The translations under genes and the position numbers were made by a program. Of a stretch of 32,529 nt of DNA, positions 1 through 9,679 are shown in pieces; the first letter of the stretch is position 1; each line of letters begins with the position of its first letter. The notes beneath the pieces are model-generated. The model was not told the DNA's origin. It made no database searches and was given only the letters and a program-made list of their open reading frames with translations. The DNA comes from a virus (taxonomy: Duplodnaviria > Caudoviricetes), in the IMG/VR virus record IMGVR_UViG_3300037419_000760, positions 1 to 32,529 of that record. One strand, written 5' to 3'.

Positions 1-1920
1 TCTATCTGACACTTTCTTGTCTAATACATATGTATCAACTGGACCAGTAAGCTTTGCGGATTTTATAATATCACCAGCCGCAAGAGCAATTTCAGGACGC
101 TTGTTCTTTTGTGCGTAATTATTAAGAACATTATTAGCTTTTTCAGTAGCAGGTTTTGATTGACTTAGCCCAATCTTACCAACCTCTCCCTTCTTCGGCC
201 CTTTATCAGCATTTAAAACGATTTGCCCAATTTTTTCATTCTTAGGTAGAACAATACCACCACTAGCATACTTATTCCATGTACTTAACGTATCGTGTCC
301 AATTGCTTGTGCGGCACTTTTCTTAATAACAAACTCACCAGGAGTCAACATAGCAGGAACAGTATCACCACTTCCACTTCCTGGGACACGACCACCAGTA
401 GCAAACTTAATCGGTTTGTTAACTCCACTAGAAATACCAGCGGCAAAACCAGCAACACCACGACCCAACTTAACTGCGGCAAAGACAGTAAGCAGAGGAA
501 GAAGGGGGGTGAGCGCTTTGGTGATTTTAACGAGGGCGCTTGCTAGACTGAGGGCGGAACCCACGAACGCCTGCACCATCGAATCCCCAGCGATGACGCG
601 GAATAGGTCGGCAAACTCTTCCTTTAGCTTTGTCACACGAACGATGAGCGAACCTTGGGCAATGGCGGCATCCTTACTGAGCGAGGCTTGGCCAGATAGT
701 CCGGTGTTAAGGGCGTCCTGAGCTAAACTGAATTCTTTAAGAAGGGGGATCACTTTGGAAACCTGACGGATACCGCCGATGGTTTCGACGATTTGGGCGA
801 ACCTTTTATCTGAAGTAGGGATACCTTCAAGGGCGGCGCTTAATCTCTTGACTGCTTCATATGGGCCGACGAACTCGCCTTGCATATTATCAAGGGTAAC
901 ACCAATTTGTTTAAGTGAGTTAATGGTACCGGGTTGTTGTAATCGGGCAAAAATTGTTCGGAAGCCGGTCGCGATACTTTCGGCCGATTCACGAGTGGTC
1001 GCACGAACAGATGTAAATAGGGCGAGGAATTCATTTAAACTACCACCCGCCGCCTTGAATGCACCACCGCTCCGTCTAATCGCCTCGATTAAGTCACCGG
1101 ACTCAACAGCATATTTTGCAGACACAGTGTTAATGGAACCTAGGGCGCCCTCTAAATCCTTGCTCTGTACCTTAAACTGAGCCATGACCGCAATAGCACC
1201 TTCAGTAGTCCTGGCGATACTATCGAATGTTGGAGCTAGTTCAGTTTTAGCTAACGCCTCTAAAGCCTTCTTAGTTTCGGTCGCACTTAAACCAGCCTGC
1301 CTTAATGTTACAGCGGTCTCAATCAATCCTTGCGAAGACACACCAAGGGTTGTTGATAGTCTGGTAACCTCATCTGAAATCCCTTTGATAACCCCCTTAC
1401 TATCTCCACCCACCTGGGCTAATTTGATTAACTCGTGCTGGAACTTAACTGCATCCCTAAATCCGTTTTGGATAGAGAAAACAAATCCAGCAATCACACT
1501 AGCCGCCACTGAAAATCCAATAAATTTTTTCGCAGACACGCCCACCAACTCGCCAAACTGCGAGACAGACTTGGAAGCCGACTGAGTAGATTGTCCAACC
1601 TTGTTAATACTAGATGTTATCTTATTTATACTTGTGGCGACACTAGAGGCGCTTCCCTGCATGGAGTGAAACGTACCGGCCAACTGTTGCAGAACCACAT
1701 CGGCTCTCTTACCGCTTTTTTCAATAGCTAATAGATTTTTATTTAGCAGGAAAAGCCTAGAGTTTAACTGGGTTACATTACCAATAGTGCTAGTATTAAG
1801 ATTTAGTTTAATATTAGCATTAACATTAGATAAGCCCGCCTTGATCTGTGCAATGATCGGCTTTAAATTCGGTGGCCCTTTAATCTGTAGCTGAGCCTGA
1901 ATAGCAAATGAGTGTGCCAT
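1..1920 (-). CDS. Tail tape measure protein, TP901 family (5' part; runs off the window)
   Basis: Not in the ORF track because it is open at the window edge. Starts ATG at 1920 (MAHSFAIQAQLQIKGPPNL...) after GAGG. Contains the TP901-type core (LIEAIRRSGGAFKAAGGSLNEFLALFTSVRATTRESAESIATGFRTIFARL) and the tail-protein motif FATGGRVPGSGSGDTVPAMLTPGEFVI. Lies downstream of the tail genes. Confidence 0.9.
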   Translation of the reverse strand, partial: MAHSFAIQAQLQIKGPPNLKPIIAQIKAGLSNVNANIKLNLNTSTIGNVTQLNSRLFLLNKNLLAIEKSGKRADVVLQQLAGTFHSMQGSASSVATSINKITSSINKVGQSTQSASKSVSQFGELVGVSAKKFIGFSVAASVIAGFVFSIQNGFRDAVKFQHELIKLAQVGGDSKGVIKGISDEVTRLSTTLGVSSQGLIETAVTLRQAGLSATETKKALEALAKTELAPTFDSIARTTEGAIAVMAQFKVQSKDLEGALGSINTVSAKYAVESGDLIEAIRRSGGAFKAAGGSLNEFLALFTSVRATTRESAESIATGFRTIFARLQQPGTINSLKQIGVTLDNMQGEFVGPYEAVKRLSAALEGIPTSDKRFAQIVETIGGIRQVSKVIPLLKEFSLAQDALNTGLSGQASLSKDAAIAQGSLIVRVTKLKEEFADLFRVIAGDSMVQAFVGSALSLASALVKITKALTPLLPLLTVFAAVKLGRGVAGFAAGISSGVNKPIKFATGGRVPGSGSGDTVPAMLTPGEFVIKKSAAQAIGHDTLSTWNKYASGGIVLPKNEKIGQIVLNADKGPKKGEVGKIGLSQSKPATEKANNVLNNYAQKNKRPEIALAAGDIIKSAKLTGPVDTYVLDKKVSDR

Positions 1921-1943
1921 ATGATTCCCTCAAATCCTCAAAT

Positions 1944-1994
1944 AAAAAAAACGTAGTGGTAGCGCACCTATTTAGAGATAGCACTACCCTACGT
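1944..1994 (-). terminator. Rho-independent terminator upstream of the tape measure gene
   Basis: Imperfect inverted repeat 1951-1965/1981-1994, followed on the minus strand by a T8 run (A-run 1944-1951). Confidence 0.65.
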
Positions 1995-2012
1995 TTGAAA
2001 GTAACTTTCCGC

Positions 2013-2849
2013 TTACTGTGGTTGAGTTCGTCTCTCGGGAACATTAAGGAATGGCTTTTTGTCAACCAACTTGCCATCCTTGTCGATTCTCTGACCCTTG
2101 ATATTGACTCGATTATTATTCTCGTCAACCCACTGACCTAGGTCGTTAATTAATAGACCAGTATCTTTATCATAAGGTTTTCCATCATCATTAAGATACT
2201 GTAGTTTATCGTTTACAAACCCATATTCAATTAAGAAAGAGTTTTCCGGGTAATTCTTTTCATAGTTGTAGTCAACCCCATAAACAAATTCCATATAAGC
2301 CTTGGTAGCATCACCCGTAACCTTCTCTTCGCTGCGAGCCTGGAATTTTTCAAAGGTGTCGAAAAACTTTTTCTTTACATTATAACTATACACCGTACAT
2401 GCAAAAATTAGATAGTTTAACCTAGCCAACTCAGCCTGCCCCTCAACAGTTTGATTATCAAGGGAGTTTTTACGCATGGCGAGGTCCATATACTTCGCCC
2501 TCTTCACCTGTAATCCTTCTGCTAACTTCACAGCTTTATCGAATTCAAGACCACCCTCTTCTAGTTTTGCTCCCTCATGTTGTAGCTCATTATATAGCTC
2601 ATTAAGTTCTTTCTCATCTTTATCTGTCCAAATACCCTTTTCGACTAGAAGAAGAGGAACCTGTGCCCTTAATGGGTTTCCAACTCTTAGTGCCTCAGCC
2701 CAAGCTTTAGAGTAATGCTTACCCGCCTCTGTCGCATCTGCCGCACTTGGTCTAACAATAGCAAGGCTAACCTTTGAAGTTTTGCCATCCTCTTCCTTAA
2801 TTTCACTCTCAAAATCATATTGTGTCTTAGTTTCATCTGCCATATTCAT
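2013..2849 (-). CDS. Putative tail assembly chaperone
   Basis: 278-aa charged, helical ORF directly before the tape measure; AGGAG upstream. Function inferred from position only. Confidence 0.5.
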   Translation of the reverse strand: MNMADETKTQYDFESEIKEEDGKTSKVSLAIVRPSAADATEAGKHYSKAWAEALRVGNPLRAQVPLLLVEKGIWTDKDEKELNELYNELQHEGAKLEEGGLEFDKAVKLAEGLQVKRAKYMDLAMRKNSLDNQTVEGQAELARLNYLIFACTVYSYNVKKKFFDTFEKFQARSEEKVTGDATKAYMEFVYGVDYNYEKNYPENSFLIEYGFVNDKLQYLNDDGKPYDKDTGLLINDLGQWVDENNNRVNIKGQRIDKDGKLVDKKPFLNVPERRTQPQ

Positions 2850-2862
2850 GCTCCTTAGTTAC

Positions 2863-3240
2863 TTAATTAGTAAAACCTTTGTCCATAGGTAAATCTTTAT
2901 GAAACCTATTCCATTCAATCGTATACTCTTCAATCTCGTTCTTAGCCGCCCTCAACTCGTTATTTCCCTTGTCCAACATCTCTTTCCTGCAAGCCTCCCA
3001 GATTTTTCGTTCAGCCTTTTGGTCCTGGGTTAAATCTTTAATATCCTTACCCTGCCCCCAAAGGTCACCAAAGTATTTTTCTACTGTATTGATATCTCCA
3101 ATAAATGTGGTTGTGATTTTCTTTGAAATGTTTTTAGAAAGCCTGTTCGCAGAAGACTTTCTATAGACAGCCTCGTTTTTTTTCTCAGCCTCTTTCCTTA
3201 ATTTTGTAGCCTTAGCAAACATTTGTGAAATTTTTTTCAT
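2863..3240 (-). CDS. Hypothetical protein (tail module)
   Basis: 125-aa ORF with AGGAGG RBS, co-oriented with its neighbours. Confidence 0.7.
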   Translation of the reverse strand: MKKISQMFAKATKLRKEAEKKNEAVYRKSSANRLSKNISKKITTTFIGDINTVEKYFGDLWGQGKDIKDLTQDQKAERKIWEACRKEMLDKGNNELRAAKNEIEEYTIEWNRFHKDLPMDKGFTN

Positions 3241-3264
3241 TTATCCTCCTACCCTTCCTTTAAA

Positions 3265-4323
3265 CTACTTTAAACTATTCGACAGATTTATATTGGCTTG
3301 CATAGCTATTCGCATGCGAGTTTCCTTCAAGTCTAATTCGTTAACAGTGCCCTCCTCCTTAATCTGCTTCATACGTTGAGCAAGCGCTACCTTACCAGCG
3401 AAATCATTAGCCTCGTAAATCTTTTTGGCATCCTCAACCGTATCTACTTTAATAAATACCTCTTCCGAATTTTTAATCTTTTCGTTCCTGATACTCGACA
3501 TAATATCTCCTTTATTATGCTCTATTTCTCTCTGCTTATGCTGAATCAACATCCACCCATCTAACATGTCATCATCTTTAACAACATCATCACCAGGGTA
3601 ATCAGGCGACTCAGCGATATTATCATACATTTGAGCATATAGGATAAGATTTTTTTGATAATCGGTTAAATCGATAGATGGCTTCCCAAAAACACCCTTA
3701 CCGGAATTCTTAGCCGACCCCCAATAGGATTTCCACGGTTCTCCCCTGGCTATCTCCCTTATCTTTTTTTCATCTAATCTACACTTATTCACTTCATTTA
3801 TTATAGCATCTAGTAAATAATCCGGCTTGCCCCATCCAGAAAAATCTTTCCAGTAGGGCTTACTTTTATAATAAATTGACGCCCCCGTTAAATAACGAAG
3901 TTTAGCAGAGGAAGCAATACCATGGCAGGTCAAGTAGTCGAGTTCGTGCTTTTTCTGATATAGTGTATCAATTGCCGCCCTCGTATCATTCAGCCCCCGC
4001 CGCACCATTTCCCTCTCAATACTTTGTAGCTTCAATTCATATAGTTTAATCTTTAAATCCGTTACATTCTTAACCATCTTACTTAACTTTTCTTCCTCTG
4101 CTGACGACCATCCACCGCTTATTAATAGGTAGGTCATAAGCTCATCCTCGTCCCATATTTTTTCCTTCTTGCATTGGGTGAATATATCCTTATACACCTT
4201 TTGTGCGAAACACTTGTGTTCAATGGAAGGATTTTTATAAGAATATGTTTTCCCGTCTACGTCACAAAAAATAACTCCTGAAATAATCTGATAAGTATAA
4301 TAATCAAGTTCCCACTGTTCCAT
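3265..4323 (-). CDS. Hypothetical protein (tail module, possibly chaperone-like)
   Basis: 352-aa ORF with purine-rich RBS, between the tail tube and tape measure genes. Confidence 0.7.
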   Translation of the reverse strand: MEQWELDYYTYQIISGVIFCDVDGKTYSYKNPSIEHKCFAQKVYKDIFTQCKKEKIWDEDELMTYLLISGGWSSAEEEKLSKMVKNVTDLKIKLYELKLQSIEREMVRRGLNDTRAAIDTLYQKKHELDYLTCHGIASSAKLRYLTGASIYYKSKPYWKDFSGWGKPDYLLDAIINEVNKCRLDEKKIREIARGEPWKSYWGSAKNSGKGVFGKPSIDLTDYQKNLILYAQMYDNIAESPDYPGDDVVKDDDMLDGWMLIQHKQREIEHNKGDIMSSIRNEKIKNSEEVFIKVDTVEDAKKIYEANDFAGKVALAQRMKQIKEEGTVNELDLKETRMRIAMQANINLSNSLK

Positions 4324-4474
4324 GCTCCGCTACTCCCCTTTTTAACTGGAGATTCTCTGACTTTAGGTGTTCTATCAGAGCATCCTTTTGGGCTAACTTT
4401 TGTTCCATTTCCTCCATACTTATCCTGTACTGTAAATATAATTCTCCTATGAGTTTTAGATATCTCTCGTCCAT
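4304..4474 (-). CDS. Small coiled-coil protein (56 aa), not in the ORF track
   Basis: Hand translation MDERYLKLIGELYLQYRISMEEMEQKLAQKDALIEHLKSENLQLKRGVAEHGTVGT*; AGGAG upstream; fills the gap after the terminator and overlaps the next start. Confidence 0.6.
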   Translation of the reverse strand: MDERYLKLIGELYLQYRISMEEMEQKLAQKDALIEHLKSENLQLKRGVAEHGTVGT

Positions 4475-4503
4475 TATCTGCGGCGCTCCTGTTCCTGATT
4501 AAT

Positions 4504-4541
4504 AAAAAAAAGAGTGAATACAAATCAATGTATCCACTCTT
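4504..4541 (-). terminator. Rho-independent terminator after the major tail protein gene
   Basis: 13-bp stem 4510-4522/4529-4541 followed by a T-run on the minus strand. Confidence 0.8.
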
Positions 4542-4565
4542 AGTATAGTCTTTATCAACCAAGCT

Positions 4566-5699
4566 TTAGTATGGCCAAGGGCAGGTTGCAGCGCTTGGGT
4601 CTCGTGGATGAGTAATATCTAAATGAGATTGTGTCTGGTAGGTGTACTTTACAGTAACGTTGCCACCACCAGTGTCACCACCAGTATAAGTTACACTCTG
4701 AAGTTTGTTCTTAGTACCAAGGTTAAGGAATAGCCCCTCGCGACAACGAATTCTAATAGAACGATTTATTAGATTATTACCAGCATTCGGGCCAGTCGTA
4801 TAAATACCTTCGGCGTAAGCGTTAACGTTATCCCACTTGGTTGCGGTTACGTTAATCTCCGTGGTCACATCAACCGGGAAGTTAACGAATCTATGGTACG
4901 GACCTCTACGACCCTGCTCATTAATAGCATCACGACCAAGAGTAGCACTTACTGTAATGTCGCCAAGGTGAGAACTAAAGTTACCACCACTATCACGGTT
5001 GTTGGTGCCCGAGCTACTAATACCATCAACATCAGGAGGAAGAATAGTTAGGAATGCAGCAACTTGCCCGTTTTCATCTAGAGTATTTGAGGTTTCTGCG
5101 GACGGAGAACCGTTACCAATTGGGTAGAAAATCATATCCTGTCGCCTTTGAACACCACCAGAACCAGCGGTTAAAGCGAACGGAGAATCGTTACCACTGA
5201 AGAATCCACTAAAGTTCATAGTGGCCCCACCAGCAATGTCACGCCAAGCCTTATCGTTAGCAACGGCAGTAAACGACTCTGTATAGTTACCGTCTAGTGA
5301 AAAATTAAAATTACTAGATGACCAATACGCACCAGAAACATTCACTTCAGCGATGGAAACACCAGACGCCGACTGTTGAGAATCACTAAATACGTTAAGA
5401 GCAATAGTTGTTCTAATATTTGATCGACCGACTAGACTTGCGTTCGGGGCACCATTAGTCGCCAAACATACAAGGGGAGGGTATCCATCGATAACTTTTT
5501 CGGCTGTAAGTTCAATATCGGGAACAACTTCAATGTTTTCGTAAACTTCGATCTGACCTAGTTCGCCAACCGCATCTAGGTTAAATGTCGTGGTGATACC
5601 CACGTTCTGTACACCATGCGCCTCAATATAAGTGGTGCTTCCATATTTGGAAAAACCGACTGATTGAATAGCATAAAAAATACGTCTATTTGCTACCAT
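4566..5699 (-). CDS. Putative major tail (tube) protein
   Basis: 377 aa, beta-rich, G/S/T/N-rich. Has its own upstream intergenic region and downstream terminator, as expected for an abundant virion protein. Follows the neck genes. Confidence 0.65.
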   Translation of the reverse strand: MVANRRIFYAIQSVGFSKYGSTTYIEAHGVQNVGITTTFNLDAVGELGQIEVYENIEVVPDIELTAEKVIDGYPPLVCLATNGAPNASLVGRSNIRTTIALNVFSDSQQSASGVSIAEVNVSGAYWSSSNFNFSLDGNYTESFTAVANDKAWRDIAGGATMNFSGFFSGNDSPFALTAGSGGVQRRQDMIFYPIGNGSPSAETSNTLDENGQVAAFLTILPPDVDGISSSGTNNRDSGGNFSSHLGDITVSATLGRDAINEQGRRGPYHRFVNFPVDVTTEINVTATKWDNVNAYAEGIYTTGPNAGNNLINRSIRIRCREGLFLNLGTKNKLQSVTYTGGDTGGGNVTVKYTYQTQSHLDITHPRDPSAATCPWPY

Positions 5700-5761
5700 A
5701 ATTTCATCCTCGCTTTTATCATTTTTTCATCATTTTAAAATGAGAACACTCGATAATGTTA

Positions 5762-5768
5762 TATACAC
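5762..5768 (-). promoter_or_regulatory. Candidate late-promoter element GTGTATA
   Basis: The same heptamer recurs in or beside intergenic DNA upstream of four late genes (5762, 13900, 19617, 24174), always on the coding strand. Confidence 0.5.
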
Positions 5769-5785
5769 CAAACAGGTCAAACGAG

Positions 5786-6739
5786 TTAGATATTCGGTAT
5801 TTGTACTTCCATCTGCGCCCTTACAATACCCTGGAAAAGACCGGGTGATAAATTAACCGTCTCCTGACTGGTTACCTCATAGAAAAAAGCGCTCAAGCCA
5901 GGATAAAGTCTTATCAAATCCGGGTAGCACACAGCCGATGGAGTAATCGACCCATAGTAATCGAGGGGGAAGGCGTTAGCAGAGGAAATAGCATTCTTGT
6001 CGTAAAAAAAGATACGCTTTTCTTTTTGATACGTGAGAATATCTACAAGGTTACCACGCTCATATGTTGTTTCGGCAAATATATGGAAAAGTAAATCTTG
6101 ATAAACCCATTGGCCGCCACCCTGTTGGTATGGTTTAAGGGTGCGACGTGGCACCGACTCTACGATAATAGCGGGCAACTGAATGCGGTTTTGCGCCATA
6201 GTTGATCGGACGCCAGACCCATAGTTGTCAAAATTTGTATCGATAATAAATGAATTAAACTGTAACTCTTTAAACCAAGGGGAGTCAGCTTGGTAGCAGT
6301 TAATGTATTTATAACTAAAATCCAACTCGACTCGACTGTTAATAGGAATAGAACTTGCGAAGACAACTCGTCCCAATGGATAGTTAATTTTATATGAATA
6401 ATTACCAGATGTAGATAATGGTAAAAAGGTATTATTGAGATAAACACCGGAAATCGGGATGGGTTGATAAGCGTAATCAACACCACTCTCCCATACCCAA
6501 TTAGCTCTGAACCCCTCCCAAACCTGTCCTTTATTGTAGTTGGGGTCTTCTGCCAATCTAAGTTTGTATTGTGACCCACCATACGCACCCGAGGATGTTG
6601 GCCTATTAACATTAAAGAATGCGCCAATACCTAATAGTGACCATGTGAAAAAATCAACAACATTACTAACGAGTTGATCGTTTAATAATGAGTCTCCAAT
6701 ATTGCTGACACCTTTTAATCTTGTCCAGTCTGAACTCAT
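5786..6739 (-). CDS. Putative tail terminator/completion protein
   Basis: 317 aa directly upstream of the tail tube gene; C-terminal QLPAIIVE...QDLLFHIFAET...DIL pattern resembles tail terminator proteins. Confidence 0.5.
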   Translation of the reverse strand: MSSDWTRLKGVSNIGDSLLNDQLVSNVVDFFTWSLLGIGAFFNVNRPTSSGAYGGSQYKLRLAEDPNYNKGQVWEGFRANWVWESGVDYAYQPIPISGVYLNNTFLPLSTSGNYSYKINYPLGRVVFASSIPINSRVELDFSYKYINCYQADSPWFKELQFNSFIIDTNFDNYGSGVRSTMAQNRIQLPAIIVESVPRRTLKPYQQGGGQWVYQDLLFHIFAETTYERGNLVDILTYQKEKRIFFYDKNAISSANAFPLDYYGSITPSAVCYPDLIRLYPGLSAFFYEVTSQETVNLSPGLFQGIVRAQMEVQIPNI

Positions 6740-6748
6740 CTTATATCC

Positions 6749-7399
6749 TTATTTTAATCTATTTGTAATTTCTTCTTCGACAATTTTCCCTAACACTCTC
6801 TCCGTGGAAGCGTCATCTACAAAAGCACGAGTGATAAAATTATTGTCTTCGGTACCACTAAAATGAGGAGGCACCCTCCAACCAGCCCCATTTTTAATCA
6901 TAAAAGCATTGTGAGACCTAGATTTAGAAGAGTATTTATATTCGACACCATAATCAGCGATAATAATTGAATCACCCTTAAACAACAACCATTCTAACCA
7001 AGGGATCTCGTTAATACCCGACATATACTTAGCAGAGGAAAGTGTGGTTAATTCGATAAACTTATCTTTGACCAATCCGATAGTTACCGCTCCAGATAGG
7101 GCGCTCCCGACGATTTTTAGCCCCTGGAAATCAACGGTGACCCCATTAGCTAATGTTTCTAAGATTTGACTAAGGGCGCTCGATGGGTCTTTTAACCCTA
7201 ATTCCTGCCCAAGTTTCCCGTTAAGTATATCATCGTATTCGGGAGTGTTCATTACTAAGTGTTTTACGAATTCACCCACCCTAATTTTAATATCAGGGAT
7301 AGCCGAAAAGATGGCGTCATCAAGAGCTTTAGAAAACTCAAATAGCAATATCTTTTCTATTTGATCAGAGGGGTCTGTAATACTTAGGGAAAGTTGCAT
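6749..7399 (-). CDS. Putative neck/tail-completion protein
   Basis: 216-aa ORF in the adaptor-stopper-completion-terminator position, ending NFITRAF...; function from synteny. Confidence 0.45.
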   Translation of the reverse strand: MQLSLSITDPSDQIEKILLFEFSKALDDAIFSAIPDIKIRVGEFVKHLVMNTPEYDDILNGKLGQELGLKDPSSALSQILETLANGVTVDFQGLKIVGSALSGAVTIGLVKDKFIELTTLSSAKYMSGINEIPWLEWLLFKGDSIIIADYGVEYKYSSKSRSHNAFMIKNGAGWRVPPHFSGTEDNNFITRAFVDDASTERVLGKIVEEEITNRLK

Positions 7400-7400
7400 G

Positions 7401-7931
7401 TTAACCTGCCGACCTATCTAGTAAAGCGGTGAAAAATTTACCCTGAACAATATTCCCCTGTGAAATAGGTTCGCTCGATAATCTAAATCTATAATTAGCA
7501 TAATCGGCAATTTCAATATGAGGAACAAAATAACTCATCCTACTTATCTTAGGCATGTCGGCTATGTGCCCCTTAATACTGATGACCCCATTATTTAGTC
7601 TCACGTTATCTAGCTTGGTGTTCATATATTTCTTGGGATTCCAGTGAACGATTACCCGAATTATTTCTGATACCTCTTCTGCTAACGACCCATCATTGCC
7701 ACTACCGTCACACAATGGGCATACCGACCCCATTGGAAAAGGCATTGGACCACCGTGCAAATAAACATTCTTTGACTTATTACCGATAGGGTCTCGAACG
7801 CAATTTGAACATGGGGTTATTTTAGGAGGATAAACAACTTTACAATCTTTACCTAAGTAGAGGATTAAATCATTGAGGGCGAATTCCATAATCTGGATTA
7901 CCCCTGGATCAAGTGTGAATATTTGTCCCAT
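7401..7931 (-). CDS. Putative head-closure (stopper) protein with Cys pairs
   Basis: 176 aa with CSNC and CPLC motifs; follows the adaptor candidate. Confidence 0.45.
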   Translation of the reverse strand: MGQIFTLDPGVIQIMEFALNDLILYLGKDCKVVYPPKITPCSNCVRDPIGNKSKNVYLHGGPMPFPMGSVCPLCDGSGNDGSLAEEVSEIIRVIVHWNPKKYMNTKLDNVRLNNGVISIKGHIADMPKISRMSYFVPHIEIADYANYRFRLSSEPISQGNIVQGKFFTALLDRSAG

Positions 7932-7940
7932 TCTATCTCC

Positions 7941-8477
7941 TTAAAAAAAGTTAGCCCTATCTCTATTTGTATAAGATGCCCATCCCATATTTCCGCCCGC
8001 ATAAAGTCCCGGCGTAATAATACTAAACGGTCCAAAGATGCCCTGACCACTTGGACGATTACCGAGATTATATTTCCATCGTGCCGCCTCATAAGAATCG
8101 CACGCATTTTTCGCCACTGTTGTTTTCCCTGCTAACGTTCCTCTTAGGTCGATAGAACTACCTTCGTCGCTAATAGCAATAGCCTGTCCACCGATTGTTT
8201 TTAGTTCTCCCTGTGCAATCAGACATACAGTTTTTAATGAGACCAGCCAAAGGAAAGCCTCGTCCCTCGTGTTAGCAGAGGAAGAAGTGGGGTCGGGCAC
8301 AAGCGTCTGATTATCAATATTACTCACATAATCAATGTTAAAACTGTTTTCCTGTTGGACCCATTGAGACGCAATCAGTATCGTGGTAATTAAAGTGTCG
8401 TCCGAATATGTTTGAGGGGTCGCATAATCATTTATCATATATCGGATCATTGTTACAATTTCAGTGTCCCAAGCCAT
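7941..8477 (-). CDS. Putative head-tail adaptor protein
   Basis: 178 aa; N-terminal MIRYMIND...TYSDDTL helical pattern typical of adaptors; GGAG RBS. Confidence 0.55.
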   Translation of the reverse strand: MAWDTEIVTMIRYMINDYATPQTYSDDTLITTILIASQWVQQENSFNIDYVSNIDNQTLVPDPTSSSANTRDEAFLWLVSLKTVCLIAQGELKTIGGQAIAISDEGSSIDLRGTLAGKTTVAKNACDSYEAARWKYNLGNRPSGQGIFGPFSIITPGLYAGGNMGWASYTNRDRANFF

Positions 8478-8485
8478 AAAGTCTC

Positions 8486-9679
8486 CTATCTAGGGGTTAC
8501 TGGAGTCAAATATGTAATTGCGCCAGGTATTCCACCATAATCACCAAAGGTTTTTATACGTCCAGATGCCGCCACAAGATTTAATAAATTTGTACCATTA
8601 CCAGCGGTAAAAACTGGAGAGCCAAGACTATTAGTATAATTACCACTAGCATGACTAAAATGGTTTAATTGTGATATAAGGGCGGTGGGGCAAACGCTAC
8701 TATAATCCATTCTTACACCCGGCAAGCCAGTGCCACCCGGATTATTGTTATAAAGTAGGTTACTCTCTAAGTATAGACTACCCTGGAATTTAATAATAAC
8801 ACCATCTGGGTCGGTTATTGCCCCTGAATCGAAATTGCACCCAACGATTCGGGCATTTGCCGGATTACTGGTCGTCCCATAATTAACCAACATAGCTGCG
8901 GACCCTTCGCTCTGACATGTCTCCATGGTTAAAAGGTCTACACCCATACGAACATCGGTAGTTTTATTAGCTAGAAAATTACAATTCTTTATTGCACATA
9001 CACCGGCCACAGCACCACCAAGACTAAAGTCAAACCCGTAATCATTAAACCAGAAAGCTGACCTATCTACGAAGAAGTTTTTAGTATTACCGCCGCCGGT
9101 CACCACTCCTTTTGCCCCACTTAGAAATTTACAACTAACTAGCTCAATATCATCACACGCTAATGTACTTGTAACACTATCAAAGCCTACACCAATCGAT
9201 AAACACGCGCATCCACTCCCCTTGTTGCCGTTAATAATCACATTTTCCATAAGAACGTGATTAACCTGCTGAGTCCTTACTGAGTCGTTGTGCATATATA
9301 TTCCATATTGCGCCTTATTATTTGTATCTACAATAAGGTCTCTAATAATTATATCACAACCACCCGCTATCTCTAATACCGCGTATTGTCCAGATGGACC
9401 CGTCCACTTAAATAGAGAGCCGTCATTACCCCCCTGAGTGGAAACCACTCCTTCTATATTAAGTCCGTGACTAATCCACCCTTTATATACAATTGATGAA
9501 GCGATAATGTAACTACCAACTGGTATAATAATTTTACCAGATTTAAGTTGATTAGAAAAAACATTAAAAGCATTTTGGATGGCGGCAGTATCATCGGTTC
9601 CACCGTCGCCCTTGGCGCCAAAGTCTTTAATGTTAATTACATTATTATCAATTATTCTGCTTTTAGGATTATATGTCAT
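8486..9679 (-). CDS. Pectate-lyase-3-like parallel beta-helix protein (spike/depolymerase-like)
   Basis: Signature INIKDFGAKGDGGTDDTAAIQNAFN...IIIPVGSYII followed by beta-helix-like repeats. Confidence 0.85.
   Translation of the reverse strand: MTYNPKSRIIDNNVINIKDFGAKGDGGTDDTAAIQNAFNVFSNQLKSGKIIIPVGSYIIASSIVYKGWISHGLNIEGVVSTQGGNDGSLFKWTGPSGQYAVLEIAGGCDIIIRDLIVDTNNKAQYGIYMHNDSVRTQQVNHVLMENVIINGNKGSGCACLSIGVGFDSVTSTLACDDIELVSCKFLSGAKGVVTGGGNTKNFFVDRSAFWFNDYGFDFSLGGAVAGVCAIKNCNFLANKTTDVRMGVDLLTMETCQSEGSAAMLVNYGTTSNPANARIVGCNFDSGAITDPDGVIIKFQGSLYLESNLLYNNNPGGTGLPGVRMDYSSVCPTALISQLNHFSHASGNYTNSLGSPVFTAGNGTNLLNLVAASGRIKTFGDYGGIPGAITYLTPVTPR

Noticed and set aside
295-1585. Plus-strand ORFs 295-546, 416-721, 779-1180 and 1184-1585
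   Set aside because: Antisense shadows of the tape measure gene, which is open on the minus strand and has recognisable motifs.
2013-4323. Programmed -1 frameshift in tail chaperone genes
   Set aside because: No convincing slippery heptamer with an overlapping downstream frame was found; each ORF has its own RBS.
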